Source: Podarcis tiliguerta
Taxonomy: Eukaryota
Reading direction: 5' to 3' (one strand)
Assembly (NCBI GenBank): GCA_965153285.1
Contig: OZ229113.1
DNA length: 64,000 nt
A model generated the notes under the pieces. It saw only the letters and a list, made by a program, of their open reading frames with translations, made no database searches and was not told the origin of the DNA. Below, piece after piece: positions 1 to 13,800 of this stretch; position 1 is the first letter of the stretch, and each line of letters begins with the position of its first letter. A program made the translations under genes and the position numbers.

Positions 1-1459
1 GTGCTCTAGTGTGATCGTAGACAGCAAAGCTTTTTAAAGAGCCTACAGGATCTCCTGTTGGGAGGATCGGATGCTGTTATATGTAGGTCCTGCTTTTGTG
101 CTTCCCATTGGCCCCTGTGAGGACAGGATGCTGAATTAGTTGGCCACTGGCCTGATCCAGCAGGCTTTTACATTAATTCTGTTTGCTCCCTCAGGATAGA
201 GCTCACATTTGTAGAAACACCGGCCTTCTTCCAGGGGAATAGCGCCTTCTGAGCTAGCCTGGATTGATTTCATCCCTGCCAGAGTTGCACTTCAGAATCC
301 AGGGGACTAAGCTTTCCGTCTCAGCTGACGTGAGAAGAACTTACCTGGAGAAATCTGACCTAGAAAATATCTGTCAGGCCCCATAATTTCTGTTCGGTGC
401 TGTTAGCAAGACCACTAGCTAGATCATTCACTTATGTGGATGAGAAGTCTTTGAAGAATTCCATTGCTTCAGCTACCATTTGTATAACCTCATGCCATCT
501 TAACATTTCTCCATTACACTCAAGTTCTTTGGCTCAAAGGCGACCCCACCATCTAATCATCTCGACTCACATTAAGACTGTAACCGTACACACTTCTTTC
601 CTTTGGCTTGTGTGATTTCCCTGTCAACCAGCTCCAGCCGTCTGTTGACAAACTCCAAGTGCCTTGTCTGCAATCTTGGAATAAAGAGACCACTTGAATC
701 TGGACTTTTATGCAGCCAGAGCCCTCGAAGGATTGTCTGCCGCTAATTAATTGGTGTCTCCCCATCACGGAATCCTTGCCATACATGGAGATGTGTGGAA
801 AAACTCAGAAAGAGCTTTACTTGAAGGAACAGAAGGTTATTAAAGGCAAATGAGGCACAAGCTGCAGCAAGCATTTTTTCCCTTTTGCTGCTTCTGGTTG
901 CAGTTGCAAATTGAATAAACATCTATCTGCTTGGCTGTACTGACAGTGTTTCCATCTTGGGATCTTAACAGGCTGGAAGAGGGCTGCTTTTTAGGTGATA
1001 TCTCCCAGCTTTGTTATGTATCTGTATGAGTATACATATGTGCTGCTGCACTGCTCTTATTCCAAACTGGAATCTTTTTCATCCACTGCCAGGCAATTTC
1101 TGGACGGATATTTCTTTTTTTTCCATTCTCTCCCTCCCTCCCCCCGCACTTAATGTAAACATAGTTCTGAAAACGATCTGTATAAATAGGATTTAATGGG
1201 ATTTTTGACATTGTAGGAGACAAGGAAAAAATGAGAGCATAATCCCAGTGCTTTTATCCGGCTCAACTCTTGATTAACTTGAGTTTTTAAAAAAAAATCC
1301 AAAAGAAAAATATTATTGCAAAATTTCATTTATTTTCTGGTTGCTTGGGGACTCTGCTTCATAAACTGAGATACTTTAAGATATTATTATCTTCATGAAA
1401 ACACATCTACACCCCCCCCCCACTCAATAGATCCACATTTACCTCTTTCAGTTTCAATA

Positions 1460-1700
1460 AGGGCTATAGCTTAGCGGTAGAGCATCTGGTTTGTGTGAAG
1501 AAGCTACCAGGATCAAACACTGACATTTCTAGGTAGGGATGGAAAATATTCCTCTCTCAAACACTGGAGAGCCACTGCCAGTCAGTGTAGACAATACTGA
1601 ATTAGATGGACTAGAGCAAGGCAGCCAGCTGCCTATATTCCTAGGGTTACTGAATTAGATGGACTCAGAGCAAGGCAGCTAGACCTCCAGGTTTTCCTAG
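1460..1700 (+). mobile_element. Old tRNA-derived SINE remnant with ~50-bp tandem duplication at its 3' end
   Basis: A-box-like TAGCTTAGCGGTAGAGC; ACTGAATTAGATGGACT..GAGCAAGGCAGC occurs twice. Confidence 0.5.
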
Positions 1701-2597
1701 GTGGCAGATGAGAAGCTTGACTCTCCAAGCAGGATAGAATGCCAGCAACAACAACCACCAGAAAATTGTGCGTGCCACTTGCAAGCTTCAGCCTGGCAGG
1801 TGCTCGTTCCAAATTACAGCACAGACACTCTGGGGGACCTGCCCTCCTCCACTCCCCTCTCCCAATTAACCTCCATCTCCAGAACCCACCCTGTGACATC
1901 ACCAAGGGCCAACCCTGGTCTTGGGTTTGGGCCCTGAAATCTCTGGGTCTGGGATCTCCTGACCTGGCAAGATTATGTTTTCTTGGTTTTGATCTTGCCA
2001 TTGATACTGAAGTGACAGAGCCATGGTAGCAGTTTCAGATTACAACACCCTCAAGTGTGGCGTGAAAGAAAGGCCAAACTAGCCAACATATGAAAAAGGA
2101 GGTTACAATTGTAGCAAGAGGGGGGCATCAGGAATGTGCTTTGTGCAGTCAGGCAGGGCCTTTGCTAGGTAATTCAAAAGCCCCAGGGAATTGGTCTATA
2201 ACAAAAGTGGGCACAAGAATTACATATGCTCATTTATATTGTTACAGATTTGTGGGTGCCCCAATTCTCCCAGGTTTCTGGGTGTCCTCGTAGATTCCTA
2301 GGTGCTGAGGTTTAATCAGTGTTTTGAGAAATAAAGTGAGATGATAGGCCTTGGATTTATCAGTGTAAATATACAAACCAAGTTTCTCTTCTAGACCAGG
2401 GCATCGCCCGAGGAGGAAGTAACTAAGGAGTACAAAGGTGCTGATCAATACATCAAAGGACGATCCTTGCGTCTGGGCAAATGCGGGTTGCAGTGGGCAA
2501 TGACATATTCTTGGTGGGCAGAAGACAGAAGGTGAGGAGTTGCTGGGCAAGGGGTTTGTGGCAAGAAGGTGGAGGAAGTAAAAGAAAGCCATGCTGG

Positions 2598-2655
2598 GAA
2601 GAAGAAGAAGAAGAAGAAGAAGAAGAAGAAGAAGAAGAAGAAGCAGCAGCAGCAG
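2598..2655 (+). repeat. Compound microsatellite (GAA)n(GCA)n
   Basis: ~15 GAA followed by ~4 GCA; source of the spurious poly-E/K/F/S ORFs. Confidence 0.95.
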
Positions 2656-4816
2656 CCATCACCACGAGGCACAAGCAGTATAGCTGATTCATCTGTTTGT
2701 GGATCCGAGCTGGCTGCTCTTAGGAGGGCAACAAAGGACTCTCTTGTGATCTGAGATGCTAGGAACTCTCTTCACAGTAGACTCAGATGTAAATATGTAT
2801 AAACCATATTTCATAGAGATACTGCAGCTTCCACTGTGCCTCATTTTCCCAAAGACATGGAGGAGTAAACAGGGAATGGTGGAACATATGCGTCCAATGC
2901 TATTAATCTCAGTGCACATGCTTAATTTTCCCATTGGAAATCACCAAGACTGTTCAATCACCCACATTTAAGATTATGCTTGCAGTATGCAATACTTCGA
3001 GTCTTGCAGTGATTCCAACTGCATTGTGACACCCTTCCCCCTGTAGTTTAAGAGTGAAATCTTGTTTTGCAAATAGTTATATATATGGAGCAGATTGATA
3101 ACTAAATGCTTTTAGCATTCTTCCCGTTAGAAGCATCTGCATTCCAACACAATATTTTGTGTTAATATTTTGATATGGTAGCTTTAGATTGTTCTATGGG
3201 TGGTGGGACTTAAGAAACCTATACTTCCTTTAGAAAACACTTTTCTGCCTACTCCCTACTCCCATATTTCCATGCTTTCTTTGTAACTGGCACAATAAGT
3301 GGTTACGAGAGGAAGCCACTCACAGCTTTTAACAGCCATGGCTGTGTGTTTGATTTATCTCCATAGATTAGTTTGACAGATATTGTCTCATAAAAACTCT
3401 AAAGAACAAAAGAGCCTAGTGCCATTCTGGGGGAGCTTGTTATGAGCTAAGTAATTATGGGCACTACGAAGATCAGGCCAGAATGTGTCCTTAGAAGCTG
3501 ATAGAAGAGATATTAGCCATCAACAAAAACACTGTGCTTCTAGAGAAATGGGAAAATAGAAATTACAGCTTTGCACTAAGGGGAGGAAACTATTTCTGTT
3601 AACAAAAGGATCTTACGTAGACACGAAGAGTAATTTCTCCCCCCCCCCCGTCATCTGTCAGTACACATTGCCTATCCTCAACAGTCTGATCAAGAACATT
3701 TTTCTTACAGTTACAGAATATACAGAGCCTAACAATCAAGAGATGTGAATATCCATTGTGATCAGGCAGGCACCAACTATGGTGGTGTTTCCAATTACAA
3801 ACTAAGACACACCACCTGTTTGTCCAGGTTCTCCCTGGCCATTAGCAGCAGTTCCTCAATGATTTTGCTTACAGTGATGTTGATCTTCATTAGATATTAG
3901 TGTGCTTGATTATGCAATGAATGACTTTTTGATGTTTCATGTTTGTAAACAAAAAGCAATAAAAAATTATAATCATATTGCCATGTTAATCAAAGCCTCC
4001 AAACCAGGAAATTATTCCCCACCCACTCAAAACCTAAGTGACTAACAAGGATATTTGAGTGTTGCATATTTACTTGACAACCGAACTTCATACAAGATTG
4101 ACATGCTCCATTTTGTGCTTCCTTCTGCATGCTTTAATTCATAATACCACTGCCCCCAGTTTAACAAAGCTAATTTGGAGGATATTATTTCATACTGCAG
4201 TCCTCCCATCACTTTTGTGAAGTTCTCCTATGAGCACAAATAGGGGACAACTACCCCATTTAAAGTCTTTATAGATGATAAATTTATGGAGCAACAAATA
4301 TCCAGATGTTTTCCATGTGTTGCAGCTCATACCAGGCATACTGCCTTGCTCCCGCAACGGGGTGCCCAGGGCTTACCAACATCACTTTGGGATTCATGCG
4401 TTATGCTCACACGCCTGGCTCCTTCACTGAAAATTTGTGGGTGCCTGGGCCCCCATGGTCCGACGTAGATGGTGCCTATGGCTGATCCCAACATCTTACT
4501 TCATTTGGGTTTCTGTTGTGGTAATAATATTTCCCCAAACATTAGAACTACGTGGTTTTTGTCATTGGGAAAATGCATTTCGTATATCCGCCCCGCCCCC
4601 CCAAAGAAAGGTAGGAAAAGTATGAGCTTCAAGCAGACAAGAACAAAATTGTCACACTCCTTGAGCTAGAATAAGTATTTAGTTGGACGCTGCCCATTCT
4701 TTCTACCATAAGGCATTGGTTGAATGGAGGAAAAGGAACATGCTGTGGCCTTAAATTATGTCATAATTTCTGGCAGGATGGAGGCTTAGCAATTAATAAG
4801 CTGTATTAAGGCTAAG

Positions 4817-5192
4817 CTGAAGAATTGATGCTTTTGAATTATGGTGCTGGAGGAGACTCTTGAGAGTCCCATGGACTGCAAGAAGATCAAACCTCTCCAT
4901 TCTTAAGGAAATCAGCTCCGAGTGCTCACTGGAAGGACAGATCCTGAAGCTGAGGCTCCAATACTTTGGCCACCTCATGAGAAGAGAAGACTCCTGGAAA
5001 AGACCCTGATGTTGGGAAAGATTGAGGGCAGAAGGAGAAGGGGATGACAGAGGACGAGATGGCTGGACAGTGTTCTCGAAGCTACCAGCATGAGTTTGAC
5101 CAAACTGCGGGAGGCAGTGGAAGACAGGAGTGCCTGGCATGCTCTGGTCCATTGGGTCACGAAGAGTTGGACACAACTAAACAACAACAACA
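4817..5192 (+). mobile_element. Bov-B (RTE) LINE 3' fragment
   Basis: ELWCWRRLLRVPWTARRSN..QYFGHLMRREDS-type ORF end; (CAA)n tail; TSD TAAGGCTAAG. Confidence 0.9.
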
Positions 5193-5441
5193 TAAGGCTA
5201 AGTTGTGGGTGGTGCACTTCTGTCAACACCACACAAAAGGAAAATACATACTATATTTACGGGGTCACACATATAGTCTATGAGCAAAAACATCATGAAG
5301 TAAAATAAGTTGGTTAGAGCCTTTTATTCAGTCCATCTTACTTTGTCCCCATTTTAGTTGCTATAGGAGTTCCATATACTTCACCACTGTGGCTGCCCAG
5401 GAAAGGGCACTGGAAGAGCAAAGCCTATTAGACTGGTGTAG

Positions 5442-5765
5442 CATACCCGCCAACATTTCTCTGATGGAAATAGGGACGTCCAATTTTATAATGATAATTT
5501 TACTATTTATACCCCACAAATCTTACTGGGTTGCTCCAGCCACTCTGAGCAGCTTCTAACATATATAAAAACATAATAAAGCATTAAGCATTTAAAAACT
5601 TCCCTATACAGGATTGCCTTCAGATAACTCCATATCCTCCAACATTTCTCCAATGAAAATAGGGATATCCTAAGGAAAAGGGGGACATTCCAGGATCAAA
5701 TCAGAAACCGGGACAGCTTTTGTAAATCCAGGACATCCCTGGAAAATAGGGACACTTGGAGGGTC
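5442..5765. mobile_element. Composite hAT-like element, copy 1
   Basis: CATACC..CCAACATT left end duplicated internally; TTGGAGGGTC right end; degenerate 8-bp TSD TGGTGTAG/TAGTATAG. Confidence 0.7.
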
Positions 5766-8700
5766 TAGTATAGTAGAACACAAGGACTCAAATGGCTGAC
5801 ATAATAGTACAGTGTTTGCTGCCATCTTGTGGACAATTCATTGTGTCTGTACAGCTAACCAGATAGCAAGCTCATAAATGCAGCTTTGCATAAAAGGGCA
5901 CAGCCTCAGCCATGATAAGTATCGGAAGGCAAAGGCAGTTTAGAAAATAAGCTATGAAATCTTGAGGAAGTGGCTCCTTTCATATCAGAGAAATGGATTT
6001 GTGCTGGGCTCCTCCTGCCCACACCTAAGCAATAGTGTTAGCAAGGCTTACATAGACTGTTGGGTAAGGATCCCTTTATTCTAGCAGCTGGTCAGCCCAA
6101 CCCTGGATAAGAACATTGGTAACTGCCTATATGAAGTCAAACCATTCATTCATTAAACTATTATTCACACTGACTTGTAGCAGCTCTCCCAACAGGCGTC
6201 TCTCCCAGTCCTATCTGGAAATGCTAGAAACTGAAGTTGGGAGCATGTGCTCTACCAAAGAGCAACAGATTTCTGTCCCCCCACATATGCAACATTGGGC
6301 TGCAACAAGATATTCTACTCAACTAACTAATGGATTCCCCCCCCCCCTCCATGTGGAATTCAGAGAATTAAGGGGTACATGAGGTAGTTAAGAAATAATC
6401 GGTCAAATCCAGAGAAGATCTGGTAATGGCAGGTATGAGGGTGATACGGAGCTACATTCAGAAGTTTGCCTATGATTTGCTGAAAAGCAAGGCTAGGAAG
6501 ATAGCTATGGCCCAAATCTTGGTTGTGGGTTTCTCAGGAGGTACCTGGCTAGGTCACTGCAGGGAACAGAATGCTGGCCAGCAGTTTGGTTCAGCAGAGC
6601 TCTTAATATAGTTCCTCTGGTTCATGAGTAACCTTCCCTTTCATTGAGAAAGCATCAATATCATATCCTTTATCACTTTAAGAGAGCTAAAAATAATGCC
6701 AATATGTTTCACATCTGGCAGCCAACATGTCCTTTTGGTTTCAGATAGTACATGGGTAGATGAGTCTAAAAAGCCTGGGACACGAATTTTCCTGGCCCTC
6801 TAGCAGCTATGGTGGCTCATTTACCAGAAGTAATATATTTACTCTAGAAGTTAATATATACCAAGAGGCTTAGTTTGGTCAGAATTGAGTATATGCTTCA
6901 ATATTTTGCAAGCTGACATGTGACTGTAGATCTATCAATTTTGGTTTCTTTCCGTTTCTTTCCCTTTGTTCCAGTCTTAAATTCAGTTCTCCACATTTCC
7001 ACATGAATTTGTGATTTTTTAAAGTCCTCTCAAAAATGCATGCGGTTGGCATTTGTTAGTAGTAAAGTGATTTCAAATTACTGTAAGGAGCAATTAATGG
7101 TTTTATGTGTTATCAACCCAAAAGTGGAAAAAAACAAACCAAGTTCAGCATTTAAATTAATCTCTTACAAATAACTGCTTGTGGGTTAACTTGGTTTAAG
7201 ATGGAGAATGCAGGCCAAAGTGAATTTTATCAAATCCAGGCAACTACCCAGCTTTGATGTTCCCCTCCAAGACATCTGTATGGGACTTTATTTGTGACTG
7301 TTTCAAGTTATTTATCTTAATGTAGCATATACCTCCACAAACAGTGCTGTCAAACTTATATCTCTTCAGTAATGAGTGGCATTAGTAAAGTACCTAATGC
7401 ATGGGTAGACATATTACATCAGAACAGAGGTTTATACAGAGAGCACTGCATTCAGTGCCAGTCTTACCTTATCTTCCAATCTATCATTGGGTTGTTATTT
7501 TGTGTGACTATCTGGAAGAAAGAGCAAATAAAGTTTTAGTGCCTATGCTTTTAAACATTAATGCATGTTCAAGGTATGATTAATGGATAGAGCCCCAAGT
7601 TTCTTGAAAAAATATAGAAGAAATCTGAATTAAGATTCCACCTTTGACACCCAAGATAGTGCCAGTCCAGTAGGCCCATCAAGGTATACAGTATAGGACT
7701 GGAGTTGTATAAGCTTAGAACAGGGGGTGCTTTTGGGGGCTGCAGGAGAGGGTGGACAAGCACACTCTCACACACAAAACAAGAGAGTGCTCTTACACAG
7801 GCACACAAAGTGTAGATCAACTGAAGAAGAAGAATTTCCCTCCCAGCTCATCAGATAAGGAATCTGATCATTGGGGAAGGGGCGATTTGCATATCATTAG
7901 GGTGCTGGGCTGGGCAGAGATATTTAAACCTCTCTGCCCATCTCAGTGCTGTGTCTAATTTTTCCCTACTTTTTTGTCATCACCAAAATTGGGGTCTGAC
8001 TGCATCAGACCACAGGGCCAATGGTTAGGCACACCTGCTGTACAGCCATATAATTGTAAGGGACTTCAAAAGTAATCTAGTCCAATTCCCTGCTGATACA
8101 GTTGTTTGATACTGATTAACTTCCAAAAACTAAATGATCTGCCATTGGAACAGATATCATGGCAAGATGAAGAAACCAAAGTGAACATCTCCACCTTCGT
8201 TCTTTTAACCGTCTCCCGTCCTGCTGTCCTTACTCAGGACTTTTATTCAACCAATAGCTAGGCTAGGTATATCCACAGAGTAAACAAGAGTTAAAGAGCC
8301 TTGCATAAATTGGTCCATAGTTGCATTATAAATTACTGGCTTAGATATATGTTCATATACAAATGAAGCTTACGGCATTGTACTTGGAGGAGCTATCACC
8401 ATTAGTTATTAAATTTATATACTGCCCTTCATCTGAAGATCACAGGGTGGTTTACAGTATAAAACATAAAACACATAGCCTATTGAATAGGCCATTCAGA
8501 TCTAATTGCAAACCAATTTGCAATTAACTTTGCTCTAACTTTTGTTTTAGCAGGGATTCAAATGGATTTTTGTTTCTGCAAGTGTGCATTTCTCATTTTA
8601 GTTTTGCAAAGGGGAAATAATAAACCAAGCTAAAATAGGCCATATTATCACAATGTTAACTCATTACAAAAAGTTGCCTATAGTTCTTAGCCACGGAATC

Positions 8701-10299
8701 AGAGTAAATTTGCAACAATTTCTAATTATTCAGTTTTACATTCCATCTTTCCCCTTAAACTTTCTTTTGTTTTCCTTTTAAGAATAACACAACTCCTCAA
8801 CTTAATATTCCGAAATCCAATTAAGCTTGATAGAATTTACTTCCAGATAAACAGGTTAAAACTATACAATGCTATACAAAATCATATACAATATACAATA
8901 TCATAGGCATTATGAAAATACAAACTCATTTGTAAACCTGACAGTGTAACTGAAACAATTTTAATCTTAATTCTTACCAAAGTTACGCTGTAAAATGAAG
9001 GAAACAGTACCATCAGAATGGACATTATCAACATCTAAGATTACCATTCTTAATGCAGAATCCAATCCATGAGTCATCATCTGTTTCATTTTATAACAAC
9101 ACTGGAAACAGATAGCCCATGCTTGTTCCATGCTTGTTAAAGGCTGCTCATAGTATCTCTTAACTTCAGCTAATAAGACCTTAGTAAAATCTTTTGTATG
9201 TACCATTGTATTTAGTGGTTTTCTCTCAACTACCATTAAAAAAAAACACCCAACAACTTATGCTTTATAGCTAAAGAAGAAATGCTATCCTCAGAGCTCT
9301 TTTATGAGCTCACAATAAAACACCTTCAGGTGTGGCTCTTTTGGAGAAAATGGAGCTTTCCTTAAAGCTAAAGTAACTGGCTGATCTCATATATTTACCC
9401 AAACTTTAATTTAAAGCCAAAGTCATTTATTAGTTATTAGACCAATTCCTTAATATATTGATCTGGACAGGAATCTATCTGTATTATTGTCAATATTGAT
9501 AGAAATATATTGGCTAAATCATATTAAAATTAGATCTTAGTGAAGCAGGCCAATATCTTTGCTTCTCCTACAGGGCACCAAGAAATTTATAGTGTCAATG
9601 ATTTTATGAGCTCCCAGACTATAAAAAACTGAAAAGTAATCAGTTTTCATCTTGATGTGATGGTATAATTGATATCAATGCGTGGACACACACGTGCAAC
9701 TGGCCTGCACTAATCAGTATTAGTTGGTACTGCACATATATTTTAAACTATTGCGGCCTGCAAGTTTTTTCAGGATCAGTTTGTACAAATTTTATTTGGA
9801 CAACAGAAGCTGATGTATTTGCTTAGTGTACGGCAAATATATTTTTGGGAGAAACAAACTGCCTCAACCTAACTCAGCCTTTAGTTACTTTGATGCAACC
9901 TGTTCTTAGATTATAAACATGGTGAATTGTTTGTTAATAGAGAAAACTGTGCTTTTATACTGCTATGAGTTATGAAAACTTCACTTCTCTGTTTTACAGC
10001 TGGGTCACCATTGTTTTGCTTGACAAATGTGATGGGAGATCAGAGATATAACAAAAACCATGTGGAAAACAACCTTCTGGGGTCTCTCATCTGCCTTGGC
10101 AATGTAACACTCATGAGGCAAAGCCTAGCCAGCAGTGGAGAAAAGGCGGGACCTGGATGTAAAAGAACCCAAATATTTAAAACTGCCTGCATCTTTCACT
10201 CAAGCCTAACGACAAACGGAGAGAGACATGCTCTACTTTTAAAGCACATTTCTCTCCCCCGCAATGAACCATGGGAACTAGCGTTATTTCCTCACGGAG

Positions 10300-10880
10300 C
10301 TACATTTCCCAGAATCCTTACCAAACTACAATTCCCAGAATTCTTGTGTTTCTACAGCCTCTGGCTAAGGCGGTGCTACTTAAGGCACTTTTAAGAACAA
10401 AAGCTCGATCAGATTAAAGGCGCATCTGTTCAGCATCCTGCTCTTTGACCAAATGCCTAAAACCTGATGGCCTGCTTTCGGGTCTCTCATAGGCTGGCCA
10501 CGGATGCTGAATGAGGGGGCTCTTCGGTCTGATCGCACCAAAGCTCTTCTCAAATTTGGAACGTGTGAATCAGTCGACGCGTGTCGACGCCTGAAGCCTC
10601 GCAAGCGCCCTTCGTCCTCTTCCTGGTCACCAAACGGCTCCTGCCTTCTCAAACCACCCGGCGGCAAAGCCTCAAGGTTGGCGCGCCCCTCAGCTACGTC
10701 CTTGCAAATAGCTTTGCCTCCCCGCCTGCCTGGGATTTGGTTTAGTCCAGTCCCGCCTCTCGGACAAGATGGCGGCGCCCGGAGCGAGCGAGGCGGTGTG
10801 GAATCGCTTGGAGGTGCCGTGGCCCGCGTGCAGCGCGACGGTCGCCGTGGCGGCGCAGCACTCGTCAGGTGAGGGGGGAC
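10300..10880 (+). promoter_or_regulatory. NEPRO CpG-island promoter
   Basis: CpG-dense around the ATG; YY1-type AAGATGGCGGC at 10766-10776; ZNF143/THAP11-type ACTACAATTCCCAG at ~10325. Confidence 0.65.
10769..10868 (+). CDS. NEPRO: NEPRO exon 1
   Basis: ATG in aagATGGCG within a CpG-rich region; [17 protein letters not shown]...; donor CAG|gtgagg. Confidence 0.9.
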
Positions 10881-13800
10881 CTACTTATGCTCAGAGTATG
10901 TGGTTCTCAGTAGAGCTTATCTCGCAGGCAAGTGTGCCCCTTTTTGCTTTCAATAGGTGGAAGTTAAACACGTGCCTCGCTCACCTCTTTTTAAAAAGCA
11001 TAGCTTTGGCTGAATTTTGCTTCTTGGGGGTCTTTTGTTTCCATCATTCCAGTGGGAGGAAGATCAAATTAGTTCACATCCATTAGTTCACATTCTTGGG
11101 TTTTGTTTTGTTTTTGGTAGTGACAGGGTCTTTGCATGCTCCAACTGCACACATGGAGTAAAGATTAAGGTGCAGTTGTTAAACATGACACAGCACTTGA
11201 TACTTTTTCCAAAGTTCGGTTTTGCGAATCTGTTATACAGCCCACAATGTTTCATTCAAATGTTCAAAGACATGTTCCACCAAAGTTGCTGACAGCACAT
11301 GCAACCGATAGATCCAAAATCATTCCAATCCTCCTAATGTTGACCATTTGTTGGCGTTCTTCTATATATCCCAAGAGTTTGCCACACCAACCCCAGTTCC
11401 AATTCCCCCCAGTATTGCATCCATGAGATCTCTCTTACTTCTTTTCCAGATTTCACTTTCCCCTTTTGAAAGCCCTATAGCATATTGTCTCTCTGGATTT
11501 TAAAAGAACAAAGTTGCCATGGTTTTATCACACAGTCCTGTGCTTAACTGAAGTCAGAGCTTTCCTGTTGAGTTGAATAGGCTCGTGGAAATTAATAATT
11601 GAATTGTAGAGTTGGAAGGGACCACAAGGGTCATCTAGTCCAACCCCATGCAATGCAGGAATCTTTTGACCAGCATGGGGCTTGAACTCAGGACCCTAAG
11701 AGTCTTGTGCTTTACGGACTGAGCTATCCACCTAAGTTGATCCTAATAGATCAGGATTGGAAAGTAAATTTACAGCCCTATTCCACTTCCTCAGTAAAAA
11801 ATTCTGCTGTACTCACAAGGACCTTCTTTTTGAGTAAACATGCATAGGATTAAGCTAAAAGTTACCTCACTCCTCCTCCTTTTTGCAATGTCTGGTATGT
11901 TGTTAAAAGTGGATATGGCATTACACAAGTTATGCATGGATATGTGGGGAGGATAGTTCTGTCTTTTGTTCTGCTGTAATTTGAGGAAACATGATACAGA
12001 AACTTAAATGGTAAAAGTGAGTTGATAGCACAAATTATCTGGAGATGTGGTGGTGGTGTTGTGTAGTGGTTAGAGTGCTGTAGGACCTGGGAGACCAGGG
12101 TACAAATGGCCACGCAGGTATAAAGCTCACTGGGTGACCTTGGGCCTGTCACTCTCTCTTAGGTTAACCTAATAACAGGGTTATTGTGAGGATGAAATGG
12201 GTAGAAGTGTGTATTCCACACTGAGCTGCTTAGATACCAATGCAATAATAACTTTTACAATTCTGGAACTACTTTTGAATAAACTCCAGAAACTGCATGG
12301 TTGGCTTCATTATCCCAAGAAAGAACCTCTGGACACTAGTTTTTCAGTGAGGTTTTGCAATTGGAGTGCAAGCAGTTGAAACAGCTTCCTGCTATGCTGT
12401 CTTCACAAGCCTCATGATAGGAGGCCCATTGGTTTAGTGGGCCTTGAGTGTTGGTGACATTTTCAGATACTGGGATGAGGGATTATGATGGTCTGTGCAG
12501 AATAATAATCATTTTATTATTTATACCATTAAATTATTATTTATAGCATCTTGCAGTGATGTACAACAGAGTTGCTAATTGGACTTTAAGTTCTGTAAAT
12601 TGATTTGAGTAAAAATAGTGCTTGAAACTGGTGTGTTAATTTCCATGCTCAGATCAGCAAAGGGGGAAATATTACTGACTTCCATATACATATACACTTG
12701 CTAGAGTTAAGTTAGCAAGCTCTTGGGAGTTCTGAATGGTTTAGGACTTTGAAGTACACAGTTTCATATATACATGTTTGTTTGCCTATTCCAGTGAGAA
12801 GCCTTTCTGCTGTTCTGAAGGGGTGTCATACTGTGAACATCCTTCTGAAAAACAAAGCCATGGTTGCAGAACAGAGCCTGCTGCATTCAGTCATGTACAA
12901 TTTTCACTATCAGATGAGTCGTCATAGGTCATTTCGGTCCCTCAAGCAGGTAAGGTTGGGAATCGTCCGGAAATATATTTAGACATGGGATGCTTAAGGA
13001 ATTCTTTGGAATGCAGCCAACTATAGAAATGCACTGCTTCCATTTTGTATGTGGTGGTCTGATGACTGTTTGTTTGTTTGTTTGGTGTGTGTGTGTCCAA
13101 ATAATTATCATAAAAAGGGGTAACAGCTGCTGCACTCATTGAAAATGGGGCTGTAAATGCTTCCTGGACCAATAAAGTTTTATTCATGTGCCATTACTCG
13201 CAAGGAGACTGTACATGCAGTTCCATGTTCCCAGTTCTCTACTCCTAAAAATCCTTTTCCATAGTTTAATTCAAGGAGAATACTCATGCTATGACAGATT
13301 GTTCTTCATATAATTCTACATGCTTACTACCATGAATCAAGTCAAAATTTCTTCTTTCCCTTTCAGGTAGAACAGTGCTTGAAGCGTTTAAACAGAATGA
13401 ATCTGGAGAAGCCAATTCAATACCTTATTCTTTTGGGCCCCACGTAAGTGGCATAAGCCAGAACATCCCACTTCTCTAGTTTAGATTCTGTAGTTTAGGT
13501 TTACTTGGCTATTCAGGAAAGTACGTCAGCATATTTTAAACCTGCTGGAAACTATGGGATTCAAACCAGCTGAAATTCAAACACTTATTGGGCAACAGAG
13601 TGTCTTGTTGGATCAATCTATGCTAGTGGAAAACAGCAGAAGCTTTGAAACTAGTCTGAACGTTTCAATATAGAATGAACAGATCTGTGTAATTCAAAAA
13701 CTTATATTAATTGAAGTCAGCACAAGAGAAGGTATCATGCCTTGCCTTGTCCTTTTAATTTTTTTCCTATGTAACCAACAGCACAGTCCTAACCAAAAGA

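Noticed and set aside
2445-2754. ORFs with poly-E, poly-K, poly-F and poly-S tracts
   Set aside because: All are frames of one (GAA)n microsatellite; no gene context.
1-10200. Possible gene upstream of NEPRO
   Set aside because: No recognisable exons or coherent splice-phase chain found; appears intergenic with TE remnants, though small exons or a lncRNA cannot be excluded by eye.
10380-10872. ORFs overlapping the NEPRO promoter
   Set aside because: By-products of CpG-island composition; the true frame starts at 10769.
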